The notes beneath the pieces were generated by a model, which saw only the letters and a program-made list of their open reading frames with translations, was not told where the DNA came from and searched no databases. A stretch of DNA of 64,000 nt from Rhynchopus sp. YZ270_cl-10 (taxonomy: Eukaryota), in NCBI GenBank assembly GCA_964035575.1, contig OZ037842.1, positions 868,001 through 932,000 on the forward strand, given 5' to 3'. The position numbers and the translations under genes are program-made. Shown here in pieces: positions 38,452 through 49,810 of the stretch; position 1 is the first letter of the stretch; every line of letters begins with the position of its first letter.

Positions 38452-38547
38452 CCCCACTAGCCCCACTAGCCCCACTAGCCCCACTAGCCCCACTAGCCCC
38501 ACTAGCCCCACTAGCCCCACTAGCCCCACTAGCCCCACTAGCCCCAC
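38452..38547. repeat. Perfect 9-bp tandem repeat (CCCCACTAG) x ~10
   Basis: Directly visible. Confidence 0.95.
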
Positions 38548-39158
38548 TGCCATCATCCGGCATCGCAAATAAGATAGCAAAACTTCCGGTCAGTCGTTCC
38601 TTAAACACAAAGCAAGATCTTAAAACCAAAGCACAACTACACCCTTGGCTCTGTATGACACAGAACACATCACCGAAGAAAAATGAGGTTGAGTTGAGTC
38701 ACAAGCAAAGGAGGGAGGGGGGGGGAATCTTTTGTTTCGGTTTTGTAGGTCACTTTTTTGAGTATTTTTTTTTATTTGGTTCGGATAGACATTCGGTTTG
38801 TCTGCTGAATTTTCCTTGTTTTCAAGTATTATCTTCAGAGCATTCGACGGGAAGAAGGCCCTGAACTCGGCTTCCAAGTTTTTTATTTCTTTTTCCTCTC
38901 GCAATTTGGACTAAGCAGGGCATCCCTTTCTTCACCTCTGGGAAATCCATGCTAGTCCACACGAGGTGCCAAAACTTTCCGGGTCGCGGGAAACCTGGTT
39001 TTGCTAAAACGTAAAGAAAAAATGATGATAAGATGGCCCGAAGCCTCTCTGCTTAGTCACCTGTAAAAATAGAACAAAAAAGAAAAGAAAGTTGGTAAGA
39101 TGAGTCTAAGCCTCTCACGTGCTTAGTCATCAAAAGAGAAAAAAAACAAACGGTAGGT

Positions 39159-39857
39159 CAGAGTCCGCGGAACACCCCCGTTCACCCCGTCCCGGACGGG
39201 GGTCAATTATTTTCCAAAAACCGACCCCCGTCCCAAACCCCCGTCCAGGGACGGGGGTTTTGGATTTTTTTTGGGGGGGGGAGGAGGGGCCCATATTATG
39301 GGGAATTTTTTGAGATACCATCGAGCCGGACTCAATTGGTCAAACGTCGAAGGAAAAGGAAGCACGCAGCACGGCGAAAGGAAAAAAGTAGCGTACCGTG
39401 CGCCTGCGGCGCAAGCCTGCATCACACCATTCCCGTGACATTGTTTGCCTGTAAAAATGTACAATTTTAAGCGCATTTTTTTTGAAATGTTGCGTACCGT
39501 GGCTTCGCTTGGAACCTTTGGGTGACATACCGCCGTTTCTTTTGTAAAAAAAACTGAGGTTACTGATAATTCGTGCACCATGTGTGCCTGGTGCAAATAT
39601 CAATAAAGTGCCGAACTCCGCCGTCGGATAACCGAGCAATTCTCACATTCCGCCGGAGGCCCCCAACTTGAGCTGGGGTGGGGACCCGGGCGCGCGAAGC
39701 GCGCCCGGGCTCGACCGAGTTTTGATCTTCTTCTTCCTGTGACTAGCTTGTCAGCGGAGAAAGCTCGGGAGAGGTTTTTTTTTTTTTTGTTTTTTGGGCG
39801 GGACGGGGGTTGGAAGGGGGTGCATAATTAATTTTCGGGGGAGGTCCGCGGGCTCTG
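39159..39857. mobile_element. hAT-like MITE
   Basis: TIR CAGAG(T/C)CCGCGGA; perfect 8-bp TSD CGGTAGGT at 39151-39158 and 39858-39865. Confidence 0.9.
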
Positions 39858-41119
39858 CGGTAGGTCTAAATTTATGGCCTTCTGATTTCTTGTAGGCCAT
39901 TAATGTAGTTCTGTACATTTTATTGTGTTCGCAGCAACATAAATAAAATCGTTTTGTATAATTCAAAAAAAAAAAAATCGAGACAGAAAAAGAACGAAAG
40001 AAAGAAAAAGAGAGAGACCACATAAGCTCTTCTCTCTAATCCACTTCTGAATCTGAATCGCAATTTTGTTGTGCAAAAACAAAATGTGACGAGAACGATT
40101 TTCATCCCACACATCTCCCTTTTTTTCCTCTAAAAAAAATGGAAAGAAAAAAGGGGGTTTTTTGGGGGGGCGCTGGCGGGGGTGTGCATGAAGTGGGCAT
40201 TAATTCTACAAATTGCGTCGTTTTTTCGACGTCACAAAAAAAAAGGGGGGGCAAAGGCTGGAAATGCTTTTTCAGACAACCACGGATATGGGGGAAAAAA
40301 TAACATATCCCCACCCACCCAGGATACACATACATCGTGGAAAAACTCCTTGGCATTGTGCAGCCAAAAAACTTGCCACCGACTGTGTAGGGCGGGAACC
40401 ACGAAGTTTATGAAAACGTGGATTACCACCCGAGGTCAGTCGTTTCCTGGGACCGGTTTTTCTTTTTGATAAATTGTTGTAGTGTAGTTGCCTCGGGTTG
40501 TGTTGCCACCGTTGTGGCAATCTCCACTTTTTCTGCGCATTTCTTTGTCTCTTGCGGTTACTCTTTACATCGGATGGAGGGGTGTGTACAACACACGCAT
40601 GACCTGCTCCAGCTGTTGGAGAATTGCTTGCTCAAAAGAGAGAAAAAGAGAAAGAGTGGAGAAAAAAAAGTTCGTCGAGATGAACTTAAGCATCTCCGTC
40701 TCTTAGCTCTTGGTCCATCAAAGCAAACCTGGGAAGAATAATAATAAAAATGACCCCACTCCATCAACACCCCCCCGCCCCCTGTTTCTCACAATCAATT
40801 GAAACGTATCCTATATCCTATACAAGTGAAGAACATTAATATCACACAAAAAAAAAAATAAAACAAATACACACGGTACACAACGATATTCGGTTGTTGT
40901 CTGCACATTGTATTGAATATAAACGCGTTTTGACCGAAACAAAGTGGCAAAGGTAATAGACCTGTACACCACTTTGAACTCGTTTTGATGAGCAAGAGAA
41001 ACTGCAGCGAACAGATTTATTGTTGACGTACAGGGGGAAGGGACGCAGCAGTGTTTTTTATACATAGTCACGAAGAACCCCCTCCTGATCGGTATCTCAA
41101 CAAAAAAAAAAAAAAAAAT

Positions 41120-41455
41120 ACTGCCCCCACCCTGCGACCTCTGTGCGGAGGACACCAACGTACGCATATTCTGGGCCCAGCATTTCGACGAGATCCGCAA
41201 TGACCCTCTTCGACGATTGTTTCGGCTGACCTGGAAGCGGATAAAACCCGCTCCCATCTCCACCCTGTCTGAAGATAGCCCTGGAGAGCAACTTAAGCAT
41301 CACCAGTGTGTCATCTGCAAGGAGAGATCGTCGTATTAATCAGCAGTTCCTTCAAGAGTTGAAAGTGCAAACGCCTCACCGTTCATCGGCGGACGCAGGC
41401 ACTTAAAAGCGTATTGGTATAGTGGGGTTCATCCTAGGGTGTCACTACGAACACT
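41120..41455 (-). pseudogene. Gene fragment with stops and frameshifts
   Basis: Protein-like text across frames (YQYAFKCLRPPMNGEAFALST; ADDTLVMLKLLSRAIF); ~41358-41404 is echoed at ~43188-43238. Confidence 0.35.
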
Positions 41456-42031
41456 GAAAGAAGAAAAAAAAATGCTGCATGTTTCCTTGCTTCCGCACTT
41501 CACATTCGATGCTTACAAACTATCGTAAATGCATTTTAAAAAAAGAGAAGTATTTCAACATATGCAATCAATAGCATAGGAGGAAAAAGAGAGAAATTTG
41601 GGATGATGAACCATATCACATACGTCACTTTAAAAAATGTTGGAGAAAAAAAAAAGAAAAGAAAAGTTGAAAGATGAACGATGAATATGCTTCACGTGCG
41701 TGCACATCTATAAAAAAAAATAGTAAACTTGGCAAGTCGACAGTGACAAAGGCAGAAAAAAATAAAAAAGGGGGATGGAGAAGGGTGGGGGGGGAGCGGA
41801 TATGAGAATATAAAAAAAAACCAGAACAAAAATACAACCCCACCCCTCCCCCCGAAAGGGGGAAAAAACAAAATGGTTCAAATAGATCTCTCGCCAAAAA
41901 CCTACAAAAGAGTCAGAGAGATCGTCCTCTCGCTTTTTTTTTAAAAAAGGTTTCCCCTCAGAGAGGAATACTCCTATCTGCCCCTTGAAAGAACGCCCAT
42001 TTTTCTATTTTTTTTTTTTTTCATTTTTTTC

Positions 42032-42575
42032 CAGGGAAATAGCTTGGTTTTCCTCCAAAATCAGGAATTATGCGAAAACGAAATTTTTTTTCGCCCGGTC
42101 GAAAGCGGTCGTTGTGCGCTTTGCGCAAGCCTCCCTGAGTGGAGAGGCGAAAGGTCAAATTGCGAGATAACAAAAAACAACGGAATGTAATCCTTTATTA
42201 CGGAGCTTGGTCTTGCACCTTACGTTCCACTAACCGTGTGGGAAAAAAATAAATGGCGCCGCAGGCGAAAAAAAAATAGGGTACGGTGTAAAAATGCTGG
42301 TTTACAACCACACAGCCACTCAACAAACCCTTTTTTGCGGAGCAAAAAAGGAAAATGGCGCCGCAGGCAAAAAAAAATAAGGGGTACGGTACCTCTGCAA
42401 ACGCAGCGAGCGAAAATTTTAAGATTCCATCATTCCAGTCATTTGGGAGATCTGGGGGTCGGGCGAGGGGCCCCCAAAAGTGCCCAAAAATCCCTCTTTT
42501 TTTTTTTTTTTTTTTCCCCCAAAAATCTAGAATTATGCGATGTCGCATAATTCGGTATATGGAGCTATTTCCCTG
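42032..42575. mobile_element. hAT-like MITE
   Basis: 13-bp TIR CAGGGAAATAGCT; 8-bp TSD TTTTTTTC on both sides; internal AAATGGCGCCGCAGGC duplication. Confidence 0.85.
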
Positions 42576-42685
42576 TTTTTTTCCCTCTTCTACTTTACTC
42601 TGGGCAAGGCGCTATAAAGTGAAGTAAATCGGCTCCCAACTCTGCATCTACTCGACCCTTATCCCCCCTACCCTCCCAGCAACAG

Positions 42686-42814
42686 CACGGCGGATTAGTC
42701 ACTAGCTGCAACAAATAATGCTAAAACTAGTAGTTGCTACTGTAACAATAGTAAAACACTGGTCATTTGGACTAGTAAAACACTACTAGTAGTCCCTTTG
42801 AATAATCCACCGTG
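42686..42814. repeat. Small foldback element with ACTAGT repeats
   Basis: CACGGCGGATTA...TAATCCACCGTG; no TSD found. Confidence 0.5.
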
Positions 42815-43042
42815 GGGAGGTTCAGAGGAATAGGAATGTTTGAGTTCGGAGGGGTGAGGGGTGAGGTGTGCAATGGTGGCTGTATTGTGTGTTACGATGT
42901 ATTTTAACCATAAGAACCTTGCCGTATTGGTACATCTTCCAAGAAGGAAACCTTGTGAGATGACTACTTCCTATGCATACATACGATACTCAACACAGCC
43001 ACCATCAGGTTGTGTGGGGAGAGGGGGGAGGGGACAAAGAGC

Positions 43043-43183
43043 CACCACGGTCTAGTCAGGGACGACTAGTAGCACGACTAGCCGAAATGACTAGTGTTTT
43101 ACGACTAGTGGCACTAGTAGTGGTTTACACTAGTCGTTACGACTAGTAGCGACACTAGTCGTCCCCCTGACTAGACCGTGGTG
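43043..43183. repeat. Small foldback element with ACTAGT repeats
   Basis: CACCACGGTCTAGTCAGGGGACGACTAGT...ACTAGTCGTCCCCCTGACTAGACCGTGGTG; no clean TSD. Confidence 0.75.
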
Positions 43184-44801
43184 AGAAGTTGAAAGCGCAA
43201 AACGCCTCACCGAACACCCGGGGAGAACGCAGGCACTGAACAAAATATGTTTCTTCCGTTCTGAACGTTTTGGATTTAAGGCTTTTTTTGTTTGTTTGTG
43301 TTTCGTTATTTTTCGTCCTGTGAATAGTCCAACACCAAAAACCCTGAAAACAGAGAAGAAAAAAATGTGTCTTGAAATACAAAGCCCTGTCGTGACAGTG
43401 TATCTAAAAAGGAAAAAAATGGGGGAACCGGGGGTGACCCAAGCCTTTTCGTGCTGAGTCAGGGTAAGACCTCCCGAGCACGAACACAATAAAGCAAGAA
43501 AACAAAATAGAGGTAAGTACAGATGTGTACGTAGCCAGATATTTAAAAAAAATCTACCTTCAAACGTCCCTTCAATTGAAAGGGTTGAACATATAAAAAG
43601 AAATAGAATTAGCCGAACAAACACGCACAACCGGTACCGGGATTGGGGGTGTTATTATTTTCTTTGAAAAATTGGGCTCTGCTCTGTGCTTAAGGTTGAT
43701 AAGCATTTTTGCACCCAACAAGGTAAAGTTCTCTGTGCTCCTATAGACTGAAGCCTTTGCGCGTGTTATGTGTGTATTGTTTCGATTAAATAATTTGGTT
43801 GTATTAGTCCAGATTGCCTTGGCTTTGTTGCAAGGAAATCAGTATTCTGTAGAATAAGCCAGAATACAATACACCAAAACCTCTTGGGTAACACTATGTT
43901 CACTGTTGGAAAGTGTGCAAAAATAAAAATATAAAAAAAAAAAGCAAAAAAAAATACCCAAATCAAAGAAAACCAAAGTGAAGATTATCATGTATTGAAA
44001 ACGATCTTACTCAGGTCTTACCTTTTGACTAACACTTTGTCAAACAAAAAAAAATTTTCTCCTTTGAAAATTTCGTGCGTGAAGACCAGGGTGATCTTCA
44101 CACTGTATAAGAAATATATTTTTTGGGGGGGGAAAAAGTTGTGAACTGCATCCTCCTAATGATCCTCCCTATCGGGTTAACAATGATTTATTTTTGTATT
44201 AGGATGTGAGCAGCATTTATAAAAAAAGATAAAAAATAAAAACACGAGAAAAGCGGGCCATTTGTCCTTTTTTTAATTGTGTCAAGTATCACTTTACTCC
44301 AACAGGATAAAGATCTATCTTTTATTTTTTTATGAAGAAGTCGGTAGCTGCAACAGGTACAGGTTACTCTCACTCCTCCTCACCTCCCTAGGGGGGAAAA
44401 CACAGACGGGGTCTCGCTTTCTTTGGTTCCCTTTTTTTTTCAACACGGTGGTTAAAAAAAAAAAAATATTGCAACCTGCACGCCAACTACCAGAGAGCAG
44501 TTTAGCAGCCACGCCACGGACAATTTCTTTTTATGCTTGCTTGGGTGTTTGGCGCCCAGTGCTCTCTTAACAGCGGTACACTCACAAAGGTATTGCACAG
44601 ACACAACGAAAAGAAAGTGAATTAGCATACGTGCACGCTGGATGACTGAACTACCCTTGCCTGCCTTTGGTGTTTCTTCTTCTCCCATAGCAAGAGTTCA
44701 CGCAGAGCAGTTTCAGAGTTTTTTTTTTTTTTTTTTGACAGATTTTTTTTTCTTGAAACAAACTGCACCAGGACAAAAAAAAAAGAGAAAAAAAATGGTA
44801 A

Positions 44802-45158
44802 CCCTTTAGACCCCAAGCCGTTTTTTGGACCCACTTTTGAGTTTTGATTTTTTGGGGCTCCGGTAAAGGAACCTAATTTCCTGTCCAAAACGAGGTAAGC
44901 AAAAAATCGGCGTTTTTGATTTTTTTCACTCGTTTTTGGGCATCTCCTGAGCATCTACAGGTCCGAAACACCCCCAGAATGGGTCAGAACCACCCTGTGA
45001 CCCGAAAATTCACGAGCATAGTCAGAAACCCCGTAAATTTGGTGGTTATTCTCACGGGCCTCTGAAGTGCACAAAAGTTTTGGATTCTTGCTTATTTTGA
45101 CTTTCCCATTGCTCGTCGGGAGGATTGGACATACATGCCCCAGCTGGGGTCTAAAGGG
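44802..45158. mobile_element. piggyBac-like MITE
   Basis: 14-bp TIR CCCTTTAGACCCCA; right flank TTAA, left flank GTAA (one change). Confidence 0.75.
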
Positions 45159-45674
45159 TTAAACATAAAATAAAATGAACAAACAAACAAATGGAAACAA
45201 ATGGAAAAAACACGCTTCTTGGACAAAGACATAACCACCTTCCCCCCCCCCCTCCCCTCCCATAAAATAAAAGGGCAAGCGATGACTGCAGATGATAAGA
45301 AATAAGGGGGAATAAAAGAGAGAGGTGAGGGAGGGGTCCCTGCTGCCTCAGCACCCCTCTCCCCCCCTCGCTCCTTTGGATGAAAGAAGAGAAAGCAGTG
45401 TCCCAAGAGGCACTGTAACTTTCTCTGTGTTTCAGTTTGCTGAATAAAATGTTTTTTTTCTGAAAAAAAAAGTGAAAGGGTTGACGCAAACATACGCACA
45501 CGTACTAGATAACGGGAAGTGTGCTTCTTTGAATACACTGCACGGATACGCACAAAAAAAAAAAAAGAAAAATATGAAATAAATAAAAAACCCCTCCTTC
45601 AGGGTTCGTCCGAACGTTTTCACATGTCTACTCGGTTCTTTTCTTTCTCTGACCACCCTTTGTCGTAACACATT

Positions 45675-46752
45675 TGGGTGATCTATGATCGTCTCCGTGG
45701 GACACGTAACAGGCTGTGAGAGCTTGTGAGAGCCTGTGAGACCTTGTGAGAGCTTGTGAGAGTCTGTGAGAGCCTGTGAGAGCTTGTGAGACCTTGTGAG
45801 AGCTTGTGAGAGCCTGTGAGAGCTTACTGAGAGTTAGTGAGAGTTAGTGAGAGCTAGTGAGAGCTAGTGGGAGCTGTGTGAGCTTACTGAGAGCTTGTGA
45901 GAGCTTACTGGGGGTTAGTGAGAGTTAGTGGGAGCTAGTGGGTGCTGTGAGAGCTTACTGAGAGCTGATGACCTACAGTATACACAGTATACACAGTATA
46001 CACAGTATACACAGTATACACAGTATACACAGTATACACAGTATACACAGTATACACAGTATACACAGTATACACAGTATACACAGTATACACAGTATAC
46101 ACAGTATACACAGTATACACAGTATACACAGTATACACAGTATACACAGTATACACAGTATACACAGTATACACAGTATACACAGTATACACAGTATACA
46201 CAGTATACACAGTATACACAGTATACACAGTATACACAGTATACACAGTATACACAGTATACACAGTATACACAGTATACACAGTATACACAGTATACAC
46301 AGTATACACAGTATACACAGTATACACAGTATACACAATACAAACGCCAGGGGGTCTGAAGAGTGATCTGACCACATTGTCCCAGTATAACATACACCCA
46401 ATAAATCCATTGAAGAAGGAATATTTCATGTTTGACCACCACAGAATACATGTTGCCAGCCACACCACACCACTAACAAAAAACCCCTCATAGTTAGTGA
46501 GAGCTAGTGAGAGCTTGTGAGAGCCTGTGAGAGCTTGTGAGAGCTTAGTGAGAGTTAGTGAGAGCTGTGAGAGCCTGTGAGACCTTGTGAGAGCCTGTGA
46601 GAGCTTGTGAGAGTCTGTGAGAGCCTGTGAGAGCTTTGTGAGAGCCTGTGAGACCTTGTGAGAGCTTGTGAGAGTCTGTGAGAGTCTGTGAGAGCCTGTG
46701 AGAGCTTACTGAGAGCTAGTGAAAAAATCTCTCCCCGTTCATAGATCACCCA
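45675..46752. mobile_element. TG...CA TIR element with 5-bp TSD, built from 10-mer and 9-mer satellites
   Basis: TIR TGGGTGATCTATGA; ACATT duplicated at 45670-45674 and 46753-46757; GAGC(C/T)TGTGA arrays near both ends. Confidence 0.88.
45975..46335. repeat. Perfect 9-bp tandem repeat (ACAGTATAC) x ~40
   Basis: Directly visible; no variant units seen. Confidence 0.97.
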
Positions 46753-47182
46753 ACATTGACCAAATTGACAACAAAAAATAAAATAAAAATAAAACTGACA
46801 AAAGAAGCACAGACCGATATCCTGGTAGGTTGTACACGTTTTGATCCAGGATCTATCGTGGTTCAGGCTACCCCCATATTTTTGGGGGAATAAAACTACC
46901 CCAGGCCAGCCCCCTCTCGCTTTGTCTACGTTTTCCAATAAATGCGTATATTTTCCCTCAAAAAGTACAAAAAAAAAACCAAAAATCTCTCCACAATCTT
47001 TGCGACAACGCAATACAAAACACGTAGAACTCCGGTGGAACTGAATCACACGGTGAAAGATAAAAAAAACGGGGCTGGGGACCTAGCAGAAACAGTGCAT
47101 GGGGGGTGTGGGTGATGTGGGAGTGGCCCCTCTCTTTTTTATGAGGTATTTTCTGTTTTCGAAAAATTTATCCTTCCACGCT

Positions 47183-48676
47183 TCAAGGCATGCTCATGCT
47201 GGAGTTGCTGCCGTCAAGCGTGTATCCAAGCTCGGCAAGCCCCAGGTCGTAGTCCTCGGTGATGGAAAGAGCCACAGACGTCCAGATAGTAAGCGAGACA
47301 ATGTTGAACAGGTACGACACCACGTAGACTGGCGCCATGCGCGTTGCAAGCTTGTGCTTTCCAACAGCAACCATCGAGACAATCAGCACCTGGGGCGATG
47401 GCAGACAGAACTGGATAATGACGCACAGCCACTGCAGACGCGACCCGGGGATACCTGCGTTGTGTCCAAAGAGAACAAGCAGAAGTCCAATGCCCGGGAC
47501 AAGCGCAAACCGCACAGAGCAAAGCGCGATCACCTCCTTCAGCACCTTCCACGTGAAGAAGGACATCACGTCGGTCCCCTTAGGGAGCAGGGCAGACGCC
47601 ATTCCCAAGGTCGCAAAGGCAACAACAGGCTCGCCAAGCAGCTCGAGGACAGAGCCGAAGATGGGGAGTGTGGGCTGTCCGTCCTTGTCGCCAAAGAGGA
47701 ATTCTTGCAGCGCGGGGATCAGACCGACAACGACACCGAAGATGGGTGCAATGATGTTCACGTCCGTCAGCAGGCCCTTGAAGATCTTCAGCCAGTCGAT
47801 GGGGTCCTGTTCAATCGCCTCCTTCTTCTTTGGCGGTGTGCTGGGCTCCTGTGCGAGAGGTGTGGTGGGCTCCTCGTCGCCAAGCACGAGCACCTCGTCA
47901 TCGGCAACGTTCTGGATCTGTGTGGGGTCGTACTCGTTGGCTCCTCCGAGCAGGTTCTCTCTTTCGATGGAGCCTCCGGCCACGGGGCTGACAAGGTTCT
48001 TTGTGAGACTGGGGTTCTGGATGTCGTTCTTGAAGCTTGCGGTGAGGCCGTGCCCGGAGTCCCTCACCTTGTGCATCTCATCCGCGTTGGGGCTGGTGAT
48101 TGTCTTCTGCACCTCCTCCTTCTTCTCCTCCTCCTCTTCGTCGTCGTCGCCATCGTTGCAGGCAGCAATGAGCGGGACTGCAATACCAAACATTGCCACA
48201 CGCCACGGGATCCCGTAGAACATGATCATCCCGTAGGACACCTCCCGGCACGTCTCGTAGGGTCCGTAATCCTCGAGGACTGTTTGCTTGCAGAGGGAGG
48301 CGAGGATGATGAGAGGGAGTCCGACGTTGTTTCCGAACGTTCCTGCGGCGATGAAGCCTCTTTTGTATGCGCCTGTTAGGCCTAAGAAGCTCGCCATCAC
48401 GAATGAAAACGAGCATCCCATCACTAAGGATATAAAACACCACCCCCACATGGGATACATGTTTGCAAATCCGTCTGGGGTGACGGTCATCGACAGACTC
48501 GATGCTGCGAGGCACGGAACCATGATCAGAAGCAAGATGCGCCCGACACCCTTACGCGTGGCGGTGTCCATCAGAGGCTTGTCAGCAGGGTAGCGCGACA
48601 TGAAGAACCCCACTGCACATACTGCAATGGTTTTGCCGACCGCGATGGTCGCTGCCTTGAGGATTTCGCCGTTCAT
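47183..48676 (-). CDS. Auxin-efflux-carrier (AEC/PILS-like) family membrane transporter
   Basis: Two blocks of ~5 TM helices around an acidic loop; motifs MVPCL, FGNNVGLPLIILASLC, GLIPALQ, VRFALVP, QFCLPS; 497 aa. Confidence 0.85.
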   Translation of the reverse strand: MNGEILKAATIAVGKTIAVCAVGFFMSRYPADKPLMDTATRKGVGRILLLIMVPCLAASSLSMTVTPDGFANMYPMWGWCFISLVMGCSFSFVMASFLGLTGAYKRGFIAAGTFGNNVGLPLIILASLCKQTVLEDYGPYETCREVSYGMIMFYGIPWRVAMFGIAVPLIAACNDGDDDEEEEEKKEEVQKTITSPNADEMHKVRDSGHGLTASFKNDIQNPSLTKNLVSPVAGGSIERENLLGGANEYDPTQIQNVADDEVLVLGDEEPTTPLAQEPSTPPKKKEAIEQDPIDWLKIFKGLLTDVNIIAPIFGVVVGLIPALQEFLFGDKDGQPTLPIFGSVLELLGEPVVAFATLGMASALLPKGTDVMSFFTWKVLKEVIALCSVRFALVPGIGLLLVLFGHNAGIPGSRLQWLCVIIQFCLPSPQVLIVSMVAVGKHKLATRMAPVYVVSYLFNIVSLTIWTSVALSITEDYDLGLAELGYTLDGSNSSMSMP

Positions 48677-49810
48677 TGTGAGTAATAAAAAAAGAGGTGT
48701 TCTGTGGGTGTGTAAATGTACAAAGGGCTAGGGAGAGGCAAGATAGCGAGATCAAAAACTCTGCTCCGGAATACACTATCGGACCTATGCAGAGTGAATA
48801 GGGTGGACGCGCTTTTCCTCACTGCATTCAACATTATATTGTAGAGGTTAACGTAATAACCGAAGCATACACGGTGACATCAAAACTGTTGATGCAGGCA
48901 CCTCCCACTGACCCACAATGCCAGCCATCCGGATGAAAGCACAAATACCCTGCAGCCAAACAACAGTAGATGTGAAAAGAAACCCTAATGACTTATCATA
49001 AGAGACCGACGGTAAGTACACAACCGCTCGTCAGCCGGCGGCTCATCTGCCGCTGTAGAGTGAGGGGAATCAAAATACTGAATGGGCCAGGGGTACTGGG
49101 GTAATGGGGGCACATCGTTGATGAAACGCCTTCGAGAGACGCACACTGAAAAGAAGGGATGGCACATTGTTCTCTTATATTCGTAATACTAACATATCCA
49201 GTTATAATCACACAAAGAGGAAGGGGGGGAAAATGCCCCCTACAGAGCATCTAGACTCTAAGCAGAGAGAAAGGGGGAAGAGGCAGACGTGCAACTAGAA
49301 CCCCGCAGTACAGGTTGTCTTGGGTTAAAAGGTTTGATACAAAAGGTACAGAAGGGGGAGGGCGGCGACAAAACAACAACAACAAAAAAAAGCTAGTTCC
49401 CGGAGAGAAGAGGCTAGGTCTTGGCTCGCTGTGGGGGGGGCGAGATTGGGCAGTGAGCACAGAAAAGATGGCAGCATGCTTCCTGGCACAGATACATGGC
49501 TGCAACACGAATACAATTTCACATAAAGAGTAGGAGGACTTTCACAACAGGGTGCGCTTCAGCGACTTCCCAAACGCTACCATCCATTCCTGTATGATGT
49601 GGTGAATGGGTACGCATATACTTGTGTTTTGCTTCTGTATAAAAGGAGGGTAGACCTATTATACACCCTTAAAACTCTTAAAATTCTCGAAAAAAAATAA
49701 TTTTTTGGATATTTTATGGACTCAAAAACACCTATTATCCTAGCATTATCCTACCACTATCCAGGTCAGCTGTACAGCCTTTTCGGAGGGAAAAACACTT
49801 GGTTGAAGTG

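Noticed and set aside
38452..38547. Telomeric repeat
   Set aside because: Short, interstitial, and the unit is not TTAGGG-like.
45915..46468. YTQ / VYC / SIH repeat ORFs; possible CRISPR-like array
   Set aside because: A pure 9-bp tandem repeat with no spacers and no cas genes; it is open in most frames only because the unit lacks stop codons.
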